A stretch of 63,534 bases of DNA, filler included, from Platydemus manokwari (Eukaryota), in the NCBI GenBank assembly GCA_037951405.1. It is 5 parts of 5 records of this genome, joined end to end, with 100 filler letters (N's around TTAATTAATTAA, not from the genome) between each part and the next. Parts side by side here need not be neighbours in the genome. Positions count along the whole stretch, not along the records: positions 26,908 to 41,310 come from JBBMOY011469196.1; positions 41,411 to 53,509 come from JBBMOY010303336.1; 3 more parts are not named here. One strand, 5' to 3'. The position numbers were made by a program, and so were the translations under genes. Numbering within the stretch: position 1 is the first letter of the stretch; every line of letters starts with the position of its first letter. The notes below the pieces were generated by a model. The model worked only from the letters and a program-made list of their open reading frames with translations. It did not search any database and was not told where the DNA came from. Positions 40,234 through 53,609 of this stretch are shown piece after piece.

Positions 40234-41310
40234 TCTGATAATTAAATAAAAAATAATTATTATATCATAATTAATTATAAAGTACATATTATCAACTAGT
40301 ATAAATAATGGAAAATTATTTTTACAACATTACAAAAAAAGATTTCTTTTTAAATTTAAAAATTTATTATATAAAATATGTTAACGATAATTTACCTTAT
40401 ATTGTCAAGTTTCAGGATGCCAAAGTGCTTACGCACTAGGTTACCCTGTATCAATCAATCCAGTTTTTTTTACATTATTTGTTTTAATTTAATAAACATT
40501 ATTTTTTCATTTTGTTTTAACTCTGTATTTCTATATAAAATACCAGCTTAAATAACAAACATATGGTAAATAATATATTGGAATTATAATATTTTTCCAA
40601 TATTCATTGTGCTATTAATCAATACGATAAATAAAATGAAGAAATAAGCAATGAAAATATTAAATATTTAGACTGAAAAAATATTATTAACAATTATATA
40701 TTTACCGGATTTTTCTGAAAAAATAAATATCATACGTACTATATCTATTTTGTTTTATTTTAATGTTGACGCTCGATGATTTTTTTAGATTTCTCTTTTT
40801 CTACACATGTCAGCTTGATCTTACTTTATATAAAAAAATAATTTGCCGTGTCATCATCAGTGTCAAATGTTAATTTGCCATCAATTTATAAATCATTACA
40901 CACAATCAGTTTAATAAATGACGATAAATTTGGTTTCTTGAATTGATGGTAAAAATGATAATATATAATTATGAAAGGTATCTTATCTAGGTGTATCTCT
41001 CAAGATATACTGACAGTTGTTGTTTGAAAAATTATGATTGGTTAATAATACTATAACCAATCATTGGTTAATATCCGATGTATCTATGTTTGCACTTGGT
41101 TTTTAATTCATTTCTGTAATGATAATATTGAATGTCAGAGACACAGAACATAGTAAAATTGCAAGTCAGCATGCAGTCAATCAACCTTGTGAATAATTAG
41201 CTGCAAATATATTCTAAGCATCACAGAATTTGGCAGCAATGTTCCTCAAATTATTAATAATAACTGTACTCTTTCACTTAGTAGATCCTCTCGTTATTCA
41301 CATTTGAATT

Positions 41311-41410
41311 NNNNNNNNNNNNNNNNNNNNNNNNNNNNNNNNNNNNNNNNNNNNTTAATTAATTAANNNNNNNNNNNNNNNNNNNNNNNNNNNNNNNNNN
41401 NNNNNNNNNN
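41311..41410. other. Assembly gap spacer (N44-TTAATTAATTAA-N44)
   Basis: Same 100-nt construct. Confidence 0.98.
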
Positions 41411-42174
41411 TATGAAATATATTTTTACACATTGAGAATTATGAGTTTTGATTTTAACATTAAAAGCGAAGAAGTCTTAGCAGCTAACAGTTATTATAAT
41501 AGTGATGTCAAATAATTGTGTTACAACATAGTCTGTCGTTAATTATAAATTGAATCGTTGATTAATGTTTCTTATTTTTTTATCAATTAATAAAAATATA
41601 TTAATCACTTAAAATTTTTACAATATTAAAAGTATAAAAAGTTTTAAATCAACGTTATTAAATTGTTTTGAATTTTCAATATTTGCTTAATGAAACGTTT
41701 ATCAAATATCATAAACGGCTGAATCTACTTGGAGTTGATAAATAACTTTTCTTCAAACTCAATTCAAATATAGAAATTCATTAAAGCTAGGTCATTCTGA
41801 TTTTCTTATTATTTCTTATTTCGTGTTTTTCGATATTAAATATAAATTAATTAATTTGGATTCATTTTTTAGGAATCTACTTTTATATTTCTAATATAAT
41901 AATTTTATATTTATGTAATATTGTTTAAATAATTTATATAACTATAGAAATTTAATTGAAAATATTTAAATTTATAATTTAAATGGGTACTCATTCTTCA
42001 CATAAAATAAATCACATACTAGGTAAATATTTGTGATCAGTCTTTCAGGTATGACAATCACGAATTAAATCACACTTAACATTTGTGTTCCTGTGGATTG
42101 GAATCCATGTATGTATAAATAGGGTAATCATAGGTTTTTAATTTTCTATAGTTAAATAGAGAAGTTTTTGGCTT

Positions 42175-42777
42175 AAGTTAAAAAAAAGGGTTCTTTGACC
42201 TACTTTATCTATAATTTTACATAATTTAGATAAATTTAGATAATTTTATAACTTAATTTCATGTATAAATGCTATGTTTAATTTATTCGTATAACTCAGT
42301 TAATATCACGCGTTTTAAGATGCTAATAGTGACAAAATATAGTTTTAAAACCAAGTTCCTATTTTAATCACAACACTTCTATATGATTATTTGATGTTTT
42401 AAATTTATATGTTTTTAATTATAAATCAAGTTAGTTAATTACAGATATGTTTAACAATATCATTGCTTATTTTTATAAAATAATTGAAAAAAATTAATAA
42501 TACCTCTCAATTTGTTTCTAATTTAAAAAAGAGGCCCTCGCTAATTCTCAACAATGTGCAATTCGACCTATTTTTTCTTCTTTTCTAAATAATCAAATTA
42601 TAGAAGATTTATAAGCTCTAATGTATTTAATATTTGATTTCAAACAAGTAAAATTCTTCTCAAGTAATTAAATAAAAAATTCAAAATGTTTTTAAAAAAT
42701 ATAATTAATAAACTATATAGAATTTTGCAACACATTCAACAAATTTAAAATTTCGTTTTAGGACCCTTTTTTAACTT
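42175..42777. mobile_element. MITE of about 600 bp (family B), full-length copy
   Basis: Terminal inverted repeats AAGTT(A)nGGGTTC...GGACCCTTTTTTAACTT. The interior matches the copies at 31378-31935, 52703-53045 and 63320-63534. Confidence 0.8.
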
Positions 42778-44767
42778 TGGTCAAAGTGGTACCATTAAAA
42801 TTATTAGTTGTGAGTTTCGATTTTGTTTTAATCTCTTGTTCTAATAATAATATAACAGCATAACTTTTTAAAGCTCTGTCAATATTTTTTTGATTTTGTT
42901 AATGACGACTTGTCTCAAAAGCAATTCCAAATCAAACTGTTAACGAACTCATCTGATTTACCGATAAAAATACACAGAGAATAGCTGATGAATTGTAATT
43001 TCACACATCAATAAATTATCACCTTTTCATTCGATCATACATTTAGGTGATGTCAAATTTTGGTAACAAAACAAAATCTATAATTTCGAATACAATTATA
43101 AAAATTATTTACAAATAAGCCCATACATTAAAACCAGTAATTATCTAATTTATTCTCAAATTTGTTGAGTGAATTAATAATTAATTATTCGAGTTGGGTA
43201 TGAGTTATCGCTAATGCAATAATTTGCTTGAAAATTGTTTCAATTAAATCAAAATACGAACAAATATTTCTGCTAAGTTTTTAATTTATTCTATATAAAT
43301 GTGTAGTGAAATCGTGTTATTTTATTTTTCTCGTATCTTATAAATTCTTAACGTGATATCATTCAAAATTATCAAAAATATCCAACTTTTTCTATCTTTA
43401 GTGCTGAGATATTAATGTCGAGAGGTGGAACAAAATTCTGATAGATTTCAAAAGTCCAACTCTTAACGAAAATGCCAACCGCGACTAGATAATTTTACCA
43501 ATGCAACTTATTGTCAGAAGTTTGTATGTATTGCTGGTGTTCGACTCTTAATCGATATCCTGTCTTTGCGATTTCAAATTGGATTCTTTGATTTATCATG
43601 ACAGGAATTGGTCAATCTTTATAAATATGTCGTTAAGAAGTTATTGAAATCATTTAATGTTGTTTCTGATTAGTCAGTTATCGTACTTGTAATATTGTGT
43701 ATGTATGTATGTTAAATGTCAAAACAGAGGTTCCAATTAGTCGTTATTTCCTACGAAATATTCCAAACTTTGTGCTGTATATAAAAAATTATTCAAAAAT
43801 ATTATACAATCAAAAATTACCATAAAAATCAATATAAGTGTCTAAACTCGATACTCTCGACTTATTTCATTTTCAATGGGTACCGATTCCAGTTTTTCTG
43901 TGACTTGTTGATTCGGAAGTGAGATTTCTTACTCTACAAATCTAAAACACTGTGAACAAAAGTACTAAATCTCATATTTCTTATCTCATGGAAATTATAA
44001 TTATTGAAAGTCAAAATTTTTTATTGGTTATCCTTAAATATTTATTTGACAAAAATGATGAATAGAAATTATTAATATTTTCGACTCAATGGACATTGAA
44101 AATGAATTCATTAATTTTAAAATTAAATTCTTTATTCACAAAACATCCAACACAAAATGCCGAGACTTTGAAAAAAAACTGATTGATTTGGAAGCTTGAA
44201 ATCTTTATATCATTTTAATGGATGAAAATTTTTGTTCTTTTTTAATTTATTTTTCATTGATTTATTATTTAATTGCTCTGAAGATTTTTTATTACTACAT
44301 AATTTTAACTTTTTACAATATTGTAGAGTTCCAACTAAAAATAATAAGTAGTAAAATATAAAATCATAAATATTTTCAAACCTTTTCGGTTTCACATTAG
44401 TCTCTCGACAATTCACCTTTCAATTATGTTTTAACACTGTTGCCTCTGGATAATTTCTTATACCATTCAATAGTTTCATTTTCCAATATACTCCTATAGA
44501 ATTTATTCTGCGGGAATTTTAACTATTTATAACTTTTTCTTGTTGACAAATTCTCGTAGTTTATTTAATTATTTAATACTTGTTTCTTCTAAATTTAAGT
44601 TGTTTAGCTTTATTTACCTTTGCGGTTTAAAATTCTATATTATTAATAAAAATAATTTATATAATTTCGTTGTTGTTTCAATATTCATGGCTTAAATGCA
44701 AGGGTTGGTTTCATTTTTTAATAATATTTGAATATATATTTCTTTGTTGCTTTCATGATGTAAATAT

Positions 44768-45320
44768 TGTTGGGTAAATTAATCAGCAAGTCATATCTGA
44801 AAATTGTATTAACAAAAATATTACAATCAAAGCCTCAATAACAACAGTTAAGTTTTTCACCATTCACAAAGTAAATCACTCAAGACTAGATCAGAGCCTG
44901 AAAGTCAAAAACAGAATGGAAAGTAATCAAGAAAACTGATTACTAAAAACCACACAAAGATAAGCTTAAAACTCGAATTACCAACCAAAAAAGACTGGCA
45001 GAAATTCATGGAACTCAATCTCTTCTATAGACTGATCGGATGTGTCTGCTTGATGTCACAAATCTTCGTTTTCCATTTGCTGAATTCGCTCGTTGATCGA
45101 TCTAATTGAAATTTTTCTCGTATCTCTCATGTCATTGGCCAATATTTGAGCTTGCTACCGTTTGTAGGTATATACCTGTTGATTCTTAGCTTCTAAATAT
45201 GAATTAATTTTAGAAAGAATCTGATTGGTTTACAACACGTGTGTTTATAGGGTCTGTGCATTGACTCTTTTTATGGTTGTTTCCTTGATTTTTTTTGATT
45301 GATTTGTGATATACTCGACA
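44768..45320. mobile_element. Solo LTR, copy 1
   Basis: TGTTG...TCGACA termini with a 4-bp ATAT direct repeat on both sides; colinear with 49750-50283. Confidence 0.8.
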
Positions 45321-45847
45321 ATATAAATACAATGTGTAAATATTATTTATATAGTTTCTTGACTTGAATAAATATAATTTATTTAAAAATAAGTTATTTT
45401 CTTAGCTCGGGGTCAAAACGTTAATGTGGGATGGTTCTTTGATCAGTCAGACTAATATTTTTTAAACACGTTGTCATGTTTTTGGGCTAATAGATTTGAA
45501 TTCAAGTTTTGGTTCTTGGAATGTTATTTTATATGTTGTGGATTCAATTAAATTCTAATTTGAATTTACTGGTTTGCAATTTTGTTTTTTAACAAGTTAC
45601 TGGTTGAGAAATTGTGAGAATTTTATGACTTCAATTTGTAATTTTACAAGTCTACGGCACGTCTCAGGTCGAATTATTTAGTTGACGTTGCAAATTTCAA
45701 CTTTCCAACAATTTACAAACATAGTATTAATTGTAATAATATTATTTATGGTAATAATAATACAAGCATAACCATTTTAAGTCTTCACTTATGTCTAACG
45801 TACTCTTAAAATTTCGAAATCTTTTAAGACCAAATTATTTAGGTATG

Positions 45848-46322
45848 TGTGTGTTAGGTTATGTCTCTAAATAACCAAATTATTACTAACTCCAAAAGTC
45901 AAAGTTTGTAGCTTTATTTCTAACTATCACAAAATATCTCACACCTACAATTAGAACTTCACCTCCAACTTCACTCAGTACAAATAACAAATTCGACACA
46001 ATCGTAACTAAAACTGGCTCCATACTGGCAATTCGCCATCTGTACATCGATATGTATGCTCGAGATCTGTGTGTAATTTTTTGTGTCACGCTTGTATCAC
46101 TTTTCCACATTTCTATTGACCTTATTGGTTTTTGTATGTGAGATTGGTCAATCCCTATATGCGTGTTATTGCATGCTTATACCCATTTTATCTCCGCTGT
46201 GATTGGTTGATGCCATACCTCTACGGTTGTGTAAGCATGAAAGTTTTTAAAGTGCTAAAATAAGGGTTCTCGAGGTGCAAATCAGTTTTTCTTTGTGAAA
46301 ATTTCGTCCCACTCAACACACA
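45848..46322. mobile_element. Possible unrelated solo LTR or TE fragment upstream of the RRM gene
   Basis: TGTGTGTT...AACACACA inverted ends and a GC-richer interior with several ATTGG (CCAAT) motifs; no clean TSD. Confidence 0.35.
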
Positions 46323-46736
46323 AATGAACTAATAAAGAAAATATGTAAAGATTTTAATAATCCCATCATAACACCAAAATTTTCACTTGAGATAGTTTTG
46401 TTTAAACTTTAATTTTTTTATTTAAAAATAATCCTATTAATTTTCATTCCAAAAAAATTTAATTTTCTAATCTAATCTTGTGAATAGAAATTGTAAAATC
46501 TTTAGACTGAATATTTTATTGATGATATCTCCAAACAAAATTGTTTGACGATATTTTATCATTTTACAAATAAATTTAAAATTTATTCATGAAATTTAAA
46601 ATTAATATTACAAATAATAATGCAAATGTAAATGAAATTTCATTTAAACTACATTTAATAAATATTGGAATCGATAAAACAAATAAATCGATAATTCAAA
46701 GTTATAAGTTCAAGTGATCCCCCAATTATTCGTTAA

Positions 46737-48041
46737 ATGACTGATGCCGAAGGAAATGAAATTGGTAAAGTATTCATTGGAGGTTTATCTCAAGCCACAA
46801 ATGATGACAGTTTAAGAAATTATTTTGATCAGTTTGGATCAATTGAGGACTGCGTAGTGATGATGGATAATAAAACTGGTCGATCAAGAGGATTCGGTTA
46901 CATCAAATTTCACGAAGAATCAACTGTCAGAACAGTATTGGAAGAAGGACCGCATTTGTTAGACGGTAAAATAGTTGATGTGAAACAGTGCAACATTCAT
47001 ATGAAAGGCAGAAATCGAAGAAGCTTAAAAATATTTGTCGGTGGCATCGGTTTAGATGATAATGAGGAAACAATTCGCCAATTCTTTTCACAATTCGGTA
47101 ATGTAACTGACGTGAACTTAATGCTTGATCAAACTAAACAACGTCACAGGGGATTCGCTTTTGTTGGTTTCGATGACGAGTCGGTAGTGAAGGAATTAAT
47201 CGTTCGACATTTCGTTACCATGAACGGTAAACATGTTGAAGTCAAAGCTATGGAACCTCCGAATTTTTCAAGAAAATTGGTGTCGTCAGAATCTAATTCA
47301 ACGAACTCCTTAATAAGTAACGCTTCAACTGTTCCAGGAATGATTCTTTGTAATTCATTGCCTTCTGATCAGATGAATTCAGAAGAGAAAATGCTCCGAT
47401 TGGCACCTCAATATTCTTTACAACCCTTCATCTGGTCTAATACATCGAGTCATCTAGCTAACTCTTCTGGGGTGTGGGCTAATCCTTATCAGTTTGATAA
47501 GATACCTCCAAATTGTCTCTATCAACAGCAATCTGTGCCATGTCCCCACTTTCATCAATGTTTACCAAATCCAAATCAACCAATGTGGGGAATGATGCCA
47601 CCTCAATCACCAAGTCCATGGAGTTATCAAGTTCCTATAAACAACAATCCTATATATCAATACACACCAGTGCCATCCAATACTTGGCAATATCCATATT
47701 TGTTCCAATATACTCCACAAGTAAAATCACCATTAAACTGTAATACAGATAAGTCCAGTGCCATTGATACACAAGATATCACAAAACTTACCAGTTCGAC
47801 AATCAATCTTCGAAACGAAGAAAATCGTCAAAACATAGTCAGTGATTCAAATCATGAAAATATCTCACAAGGATATGATTCACAAAACGATTGTTGGATA
47901 TATAACAACAAAGATATAAATAAAATGAATATTAATTCACAAATAGCCGAACCGATTTTACAACCGAACGGTGACGAAAATCTTAAAATATCTTACAACG
48001 CACCACTTGCAGACTTCAATTTCTTTCAAACTTCTTATTGA
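46737..48041 (+). CDS. DAZAP1: DAZAP1/Hrp48/Musashi-type RNA-binding protein: two RRMs plus a P/Q/Y-rich low-complexity tail; intronless, 434 aa
   Basis: Uninterrupted ORF. RRM1 has KVFIGGL and RSRGFGYIKF, followed by GPHLLDGKIVDVKQC. RRM2 has KIFVGGI, KQRHRGFAFVGF and HFVTMNGKHVEVKAMEP. These details fit DAZAP1/Hrp48 better than Musashi. Confidence 0.88.
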   Translation: MTDAEGNEIGKVFIGGLSQATNDDSLRNYFDQFGSIEDCVVMMDNKTGRSRGFGYIKFHEESTVRTVLEEGPHLLDGKIVDVKQCNIHMKGRNRRSLKIFVGGIGLDDNEETIRQFFSQFGNVTDVNLMLDQTKQRHRGFAFVGFDDESVVKELIVRHFVTMNGKHVEVKAMEPPNFSRKLVSSESNSTNSLISNASTVPGMILCNSLPSDQMNSEEKMLRLAPQYSLQPFIWSNTSSHLANSSGVWANPYQFDKIPPNCLYQQQSVPCPHFHQCLPNPNQPMWGMMPPQSPSPWSYQVPINNNPIYQYTPVPSNTWQYPYLFQYTPQVKSPLNCNTDKSSAIDTQDITKLTSSTINLRNEENRQNIVSDSNHENISQGYDSQNDCWIYNNKDINKMNINSQIAEPILQPNGDENLKISYNAPLADFNFFQTSY

Positions 48042-48543
48042 ATTTTATTTCTTTATTACTACAAATATTAAGTAACCTTCATTCAAGTGCGAATAAGTGT
48101 AAACTATATTTCATAACATTACTAAGAATATTTTATTGTATGTATGTCCTTTTGAAGTACAATTAATAGTACAATAATATTGCATTTAGCTAATTCTTTA
48201 TTTTATTAATGATAAATTTTGGATCATCGAGATCAAATAAAGAGAAGGAGTTTTAAAAATAATTTTTAAAATAAATTTTCTTGTAAGCACATCATGAAAT
48301 CATCGAACAAATCAAACATTAGTAATATTTAGACTTGTCCAGTAGGTACAAAATTAACTTTTAAAAAATAATTATAACATTCTAAATAAATATACTTAGA
48401 AATATGATATACGAAGATCATTAATAATTTGTTTAAATCAACAAATAAAAATTAATAGAATATTCCAGAACAATTTGTTTAAATTAATCAATGAAATAAT
48501 GTGTGTAAGAGTATTATAAAAAGAGCCCATTTTTGACAACAAT

Positions 48544-48770
48544 GGCCGGTCTTTTTGGACGGTAAATCGTTTGCTTAACTAACTTCTTGTGGTTTTCAGT
48601 AAACCGTTTTTTGATTACTTTCCATTCTGTTTTTGACTTTCTGGCACTGATCCCGTCTTGATTGATTAACTATTGTGAGTGTGAAAAGATTTACTATAGT
48701 TATTGAGACTTTGATAGCGATATTTCGTTTAGTATATTTTCAGATCTAAATTGTTGATTAATATACCCAA
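48544..48770. mobile_element. Partial third copy of the same LTR family, inverted orientation
   Basis: Its reverse complement contains aaagtcaaaaacagaatggaaagtaatcaa and gggatcagtgcc, matching the left halves of copies 1 and 2. Confidence 0.75.
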
Positions 48771-49749
48771 TTGACTGACGATACTGAAACTACTGATATG
48801 TACTTTTAATTATCAATTTAAATCATATTATGAAAAATGATCTAATATCGTTAGACGATTTGTTTTTATTAGTATACCAAGTGATTAGTCCATTTTGGTG
48901 TGTGGTATGTAACTTAATGTTGTACAGTAAACATTTATTAACGAGTCACGGAAGAAATTGTATTATTTTTATATGGATTCATAAATGCTTGTGATATTTT
49001 GACGTTAAATCGTTTAAAAATCTATTTTTAATAGATAAAATGTTTGAAAATCTTTGTACAAATTTAATGTTCATTATCAGTTTCTAAGGAGTGAATTTAA
49101 AATTATAAATGATATTTGTGAACATGTCTAATCTCGATTTTATTTGGTATTCCATTCCATAAAGATATCTTTAATCTCACTGGATGATAGTTAAATAGTT
49201 TTATATTTAGTAACCTTCAGAAGTAAACCACTTCATATTATCAATTATAAAATCATTATTATGTCTTCGACTGAATTCCCCGTTTTATTTTCTTTAAATG
49301 GAATAATTGGCGAAATAATCAATTGATTAAAAACATTAATCAGGTTCTTGATAAAATGCAGATTCGATTAAATAAAATAATAAAATTTTACAATCCAATG
49401 ATTGTTAAAATAAAGAATTCTAATAGAACCTGAAATATTGATGAGATTTATGCCTAATTTCTCATGCACCTGAGAATTGTAATGGATAAATTTCCTGTTT
49501 TCAAAAGATTTTAACTAATCCTTTTATAACAATAATAAATGATTAAGAAATAATTGGAAATAAGCTTTCAATAGCAGTAGTAGTTGTTGGGTAGAAATTA
49601 TGTGAATGGGTTTTGTTGAATGTTTTTAAATCGGATTTTATTTGTTTGATACTAAATAGTTATAAAAAATCATGAATTTTTAAATATTTAAATCTTGTCG
49701 GATAAGATATGGTTTATTATTGTTTAATGCCTTATTATTTATTTGATAT

Positions 49750-50283
49750 TGTTGAACTATCAACAACAATTTGAATCTACAGATCATTATTAACCAAAAT
49801 AATACACTCAAAGTCTCAATAATAACAATAACAAATCTTTACGCAATCCACAAAGAAAATCACTCAAAATGGGATCAGTGCCCAAAAGCTAAAAACAGAA
49901 TGAAAAGTAATCAAAAAGACGGATTACTAAAATCACACTTAAGCTAAGCACTGAAATTACCTAGCAAAAAAAGACTGGCAAGAATCCATGGAGTTCAACT
50001 TCTTTTATAAACCGATCGAGTGTACCGGCTTGACGTCGCGGATCTTCGTTTACAATATGCTAAATTTGTTTGTGGATCCATTTGCTTGAGATTTACTTCA
50101 TATCTCTCATGTCATCGGCGGATATGTGAGCTTGCTGCCGTTTGAAAGTATGTGCTGGTCAATTCTTAGCTTCTAAATATGGATTAATATGAGAACAAAT
50201 CTGATTGGATAATAGCACGTGTGTTTATCGGATTTTTCCTTGGTTCTTGGAACCCTTTTGATTAATTTGTGATATACTCAACA
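49750..50283. mobile_element. Solo LTR, copy 2 (same family and orientation as copy 1)
   Basis: TGTTGA...TCAACA inverted termini and an ATAT TSD (49746-49749 and 50284-50287). Shares blocks with copy 1, e.g. attcttagcttctaaatatg, tatctctcatgtcat, tctgattgg, cacgtgtgtttat. Confidence 0.82.
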
Positions 50284-52702
50284 ATATTAAACACAAATAA
50301 GATCCATTATATTAGGTGGTCCTCTGTAAACAAAAATTTTAAAAGTCTGCCTACCAATAAATGTCTTTACTCATTCTTTAATAATGGTTTTAAAGTAAAT
50401 TGCAATTCGGCAAAGTGCCATTTGCAGTTCTATTATCCTATCAGGCTTATCCTATCTGACTAAAATCGATGATGTTCTAGTTCGATAGGAATTACATTGA
50501 TGCTAAAATATTAGGATTAGTACCTAACTTAGACTTCAATTATTTCATAAATCCTTGATTATGTTTGCGATGATTTTAAAGTGAATAATGTTTAAGTGGT
50601 CATTTTCAATAGAAAATATATTTATTTTCAAAAAATATAAATGATTCATTTAATTTGATTGAAAATTTTGATTATAAAGACTTCTTTGGTAGAACTTCTT
50701 AAATGGTTTTCAATTCATGTTTAATAGTAGCAGCTACAAATAAATATCTCCAGAAGCCAATGTGGGATCAAAGTATTTTTCAGAGATTTTCGTTCAAGTA
50801 ATTAATGCAATTCTGCAGGAGAATGTTCTAGTATGATTTTTATGTCGAAATTATTGATTTTTTTTAATCACTTTATTTATGGGATTGCATTATCTGGTTA
50901 AAGGAGTCTTTGTGGGAAACCACTCATTTATTTCTAATCTAAAAATCAAACAATTTTACTTTTGGTTACATAGTGGTCTCAGGGAAAATATGTCATCAAA
51001 TGAACTTCATGAGTAAATCAAGACTAAAAATATTCAAAGATTTTATGAAAATAAATATTTTTAATTATTTATTAATATATAATATTTTTCAATGTCACGA
51101 TTGTATTTTATTTTCTCTCGAAGCCCAAATTGTCACAGCCGTAGAATCAATAATTACAATATAAAGACAAAATTAACATTTGATGTCATAATTATATGCC
51201 ATTGTATTCGGATCGATTATTTATACATTTTATTGGAGATCTAACATCTCTCTCCAAACCATCGGTTATCAACATAGCACTGTGAACCATTCAAAGTGCT
51301 TTGTCAATCCAGCAAACAGAGATATTTATTTATATAACATAACGAAGAACAAAGAAAATGGATTTACCTCTCAGTTTTTATTAATTTTCTCTTACATTTT
51401 AAGATCAAGTCATACGCAAAAGTTCATCATATTGAAATTACGTCAAAGAACTTCTTTTCTTAGCTTAATCACTACAACAATAGTTTTGCTATAATCATGA
51501 AATCAATAGGCATCGAAATTTGACTAGATATTCAGTTTGTTAAGGCTAGACCAACACGGGACTGGTTCAAAAATAGCAAACTGACTGAAATTGAACAAGA
51601 AATTACACTACATAGCGAATGACATACAAATCAGACAATCAATGATATGCACATACATACGAGCTTTTAATGGTTCACGAATGTTATATTGAGCGTCATG
51701 AGTACAATAGTTTCAATATCTCTTATTGGTTCTTTTTATCTATTGCTTGTCAGTACATGTCTGTAAATGCTTATGGTCTTGTGGAAGCAATTTTCAAAAA
51801 GAATGAATAGTCGATTTTCAAATCTGCTTTGATAAGCGCTACACAACTGTATGTAAGATAGTTTGATACTTTTGTGTCTTCTATACTAATACTACCATGG
51901 AAACTATATCATACATATGACGGCTGAACGCACTGTGAAGTATAATCTCACCCTCCTCATTTTATTCAATATTTCGATTTATAATAACATTTGAACATCC
52001 TTTTATGTTCACACCAGTTTCCTGCAATATATTTTGCATTTATTTCATAGATAATAAAATTTGATGGCTCAAATTCACTGTATAGAGAAAACACCAACAA
52101 ATTAAATTTTCAAAAAGACTTTAGCAATCTCATTCCGGTAGTTGTGAAACAATAAAATTATTCTTTTAAGCAATAAACTTTCCCTCTTTAGTTTAAATAA
52201 TCAGTACTTCTGTAAAAAGTAGTTGCTGTTGAAAGGTGCCATCGATTTTTTTTTCTTTTCTAACATCGTATGATGATTCAAATAAAAGAAGCTGATTAAT
52301 AGATTGTGCCAATTTATAAATAAAACTTGTAAGTAGCTGTCTTATAAAAATATTTTAATGAATTAGAAAAGCTTATTTTGTATCTCGAGTTGGATATGAA
52401 ATAGTATCAGGCTTAGACAAGATCTAACGCATATAAGCACTAAAATAAACAAATCATACAGTACTTGATTAGAGGTTCTGTATGCTTCTGACAAGTAGAA
52501 TACCGGTAGACATCTTAAGCTACCATTACCAATAATATTTGCTGTCTTATTTAAAAATGGCATTCGAAGATGCCAAAAGTAGAAAAAAGTACAAGTAAAT
52601 GTAAAAATAGAAGTATATACAAGTAATGAATACAAATGTAGAAGTAAATATAGTTATATAAATTAGAAAATAAATAATAGCGATTAGAAAAATAATGAGT
52701 TA

Positions 52703-53045
52703 AAGTTAATCAAAAAAGGGTCCTAAGCTAAAATTAAAAATAGGGTCTTAAAATAAAATTTTAAAATTGTGGAGTGTATTGCAAAAAACTATATAGATTA
52801 TTTAATTAAATTTTTTAATAACATTTTGAATTTTTTATTTAAGTACTTGAGTCAAATTTTAGTTATTTAGAATCAAATAATACATGCACATGATTTTTAA
52901 AATATCCTAAAAATTAATTATTTGAAAACCCCGGTCAAAGTATGGCAAAATGCAATTAATTGAAAATCAGCGAGGACACCTTCTTTTAACACTAGAACCT
53001 ATCAGAATGATGTCTAAGATTTTTAGAGTTATTTTATAAAAACTG
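52703..53045. mobile_element. MITE family B, partial copy
   Basis: Starts with the TIR-like aagttaatcaaaaaagggtcct and follows the interior of the 31378 copy (ctatatag, acattttgaatttttt, aattgaaaat.agcga). Confidence 0.7.
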
Positions 53046-53509
53046 ACTTCTAAATTATTGAGAAGTGCCACGAACAAGGTATTTGTGTTTTCTCTCAAAA
53101 TAAGTATATTAATATCTATTTAATAAATTAGATACAGATCCCAAACCTGTCGATGTTGTAATGAAATGAAGATTTGATCCAAATCAAATAAATCGTACAG
53201 GTGAAGATTCCACAAATATTTAAATTTCGGAATTCAAATAGGGCTTTGGTTCAACAATTACGCTTTGTCCCTTTTCGAAATTCTAAATAAAGTATTTTTG
53301 ATGCACGGGACTCACACAAAAAAATTATGTTTACAAAATGATATCCATTAGTAAACTAACAATCAACAAATAATGACAATTTTATTAAAATAAAACCAAC
53401 AATTTAAAATTATTTGTTGAGATATAACAAAATTTGTAGATTCGTCGCCAATGGAGAAATATCTTGGAATAGAAATATAATTTAAGGTCTAAATGTCGTC
53501 GTAGAAATT

Positions 53510-53609
53510 NNNNNNNNNNNNNNNNNNNNNNNNNNNNNNNNNNNNNNNNNNNNTTAATTAATTAANNNNNNNNNNNNNNNNNNNNNNNNNNNNNNNNNNN
53601 NNNNNNNNN
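53510..53609. other. Assembly gap spacer (N44-TTAATTAATTAA-N44)
   Basis: Same 100-nt construct. Confidence 0.98.

Noticed and set aside
47513-47743. Overlapping S/T-rich ORF inside the RRM gene
   Set aside because: Alternative frame of a low-complexity region with a non-ATG start and no independent support.
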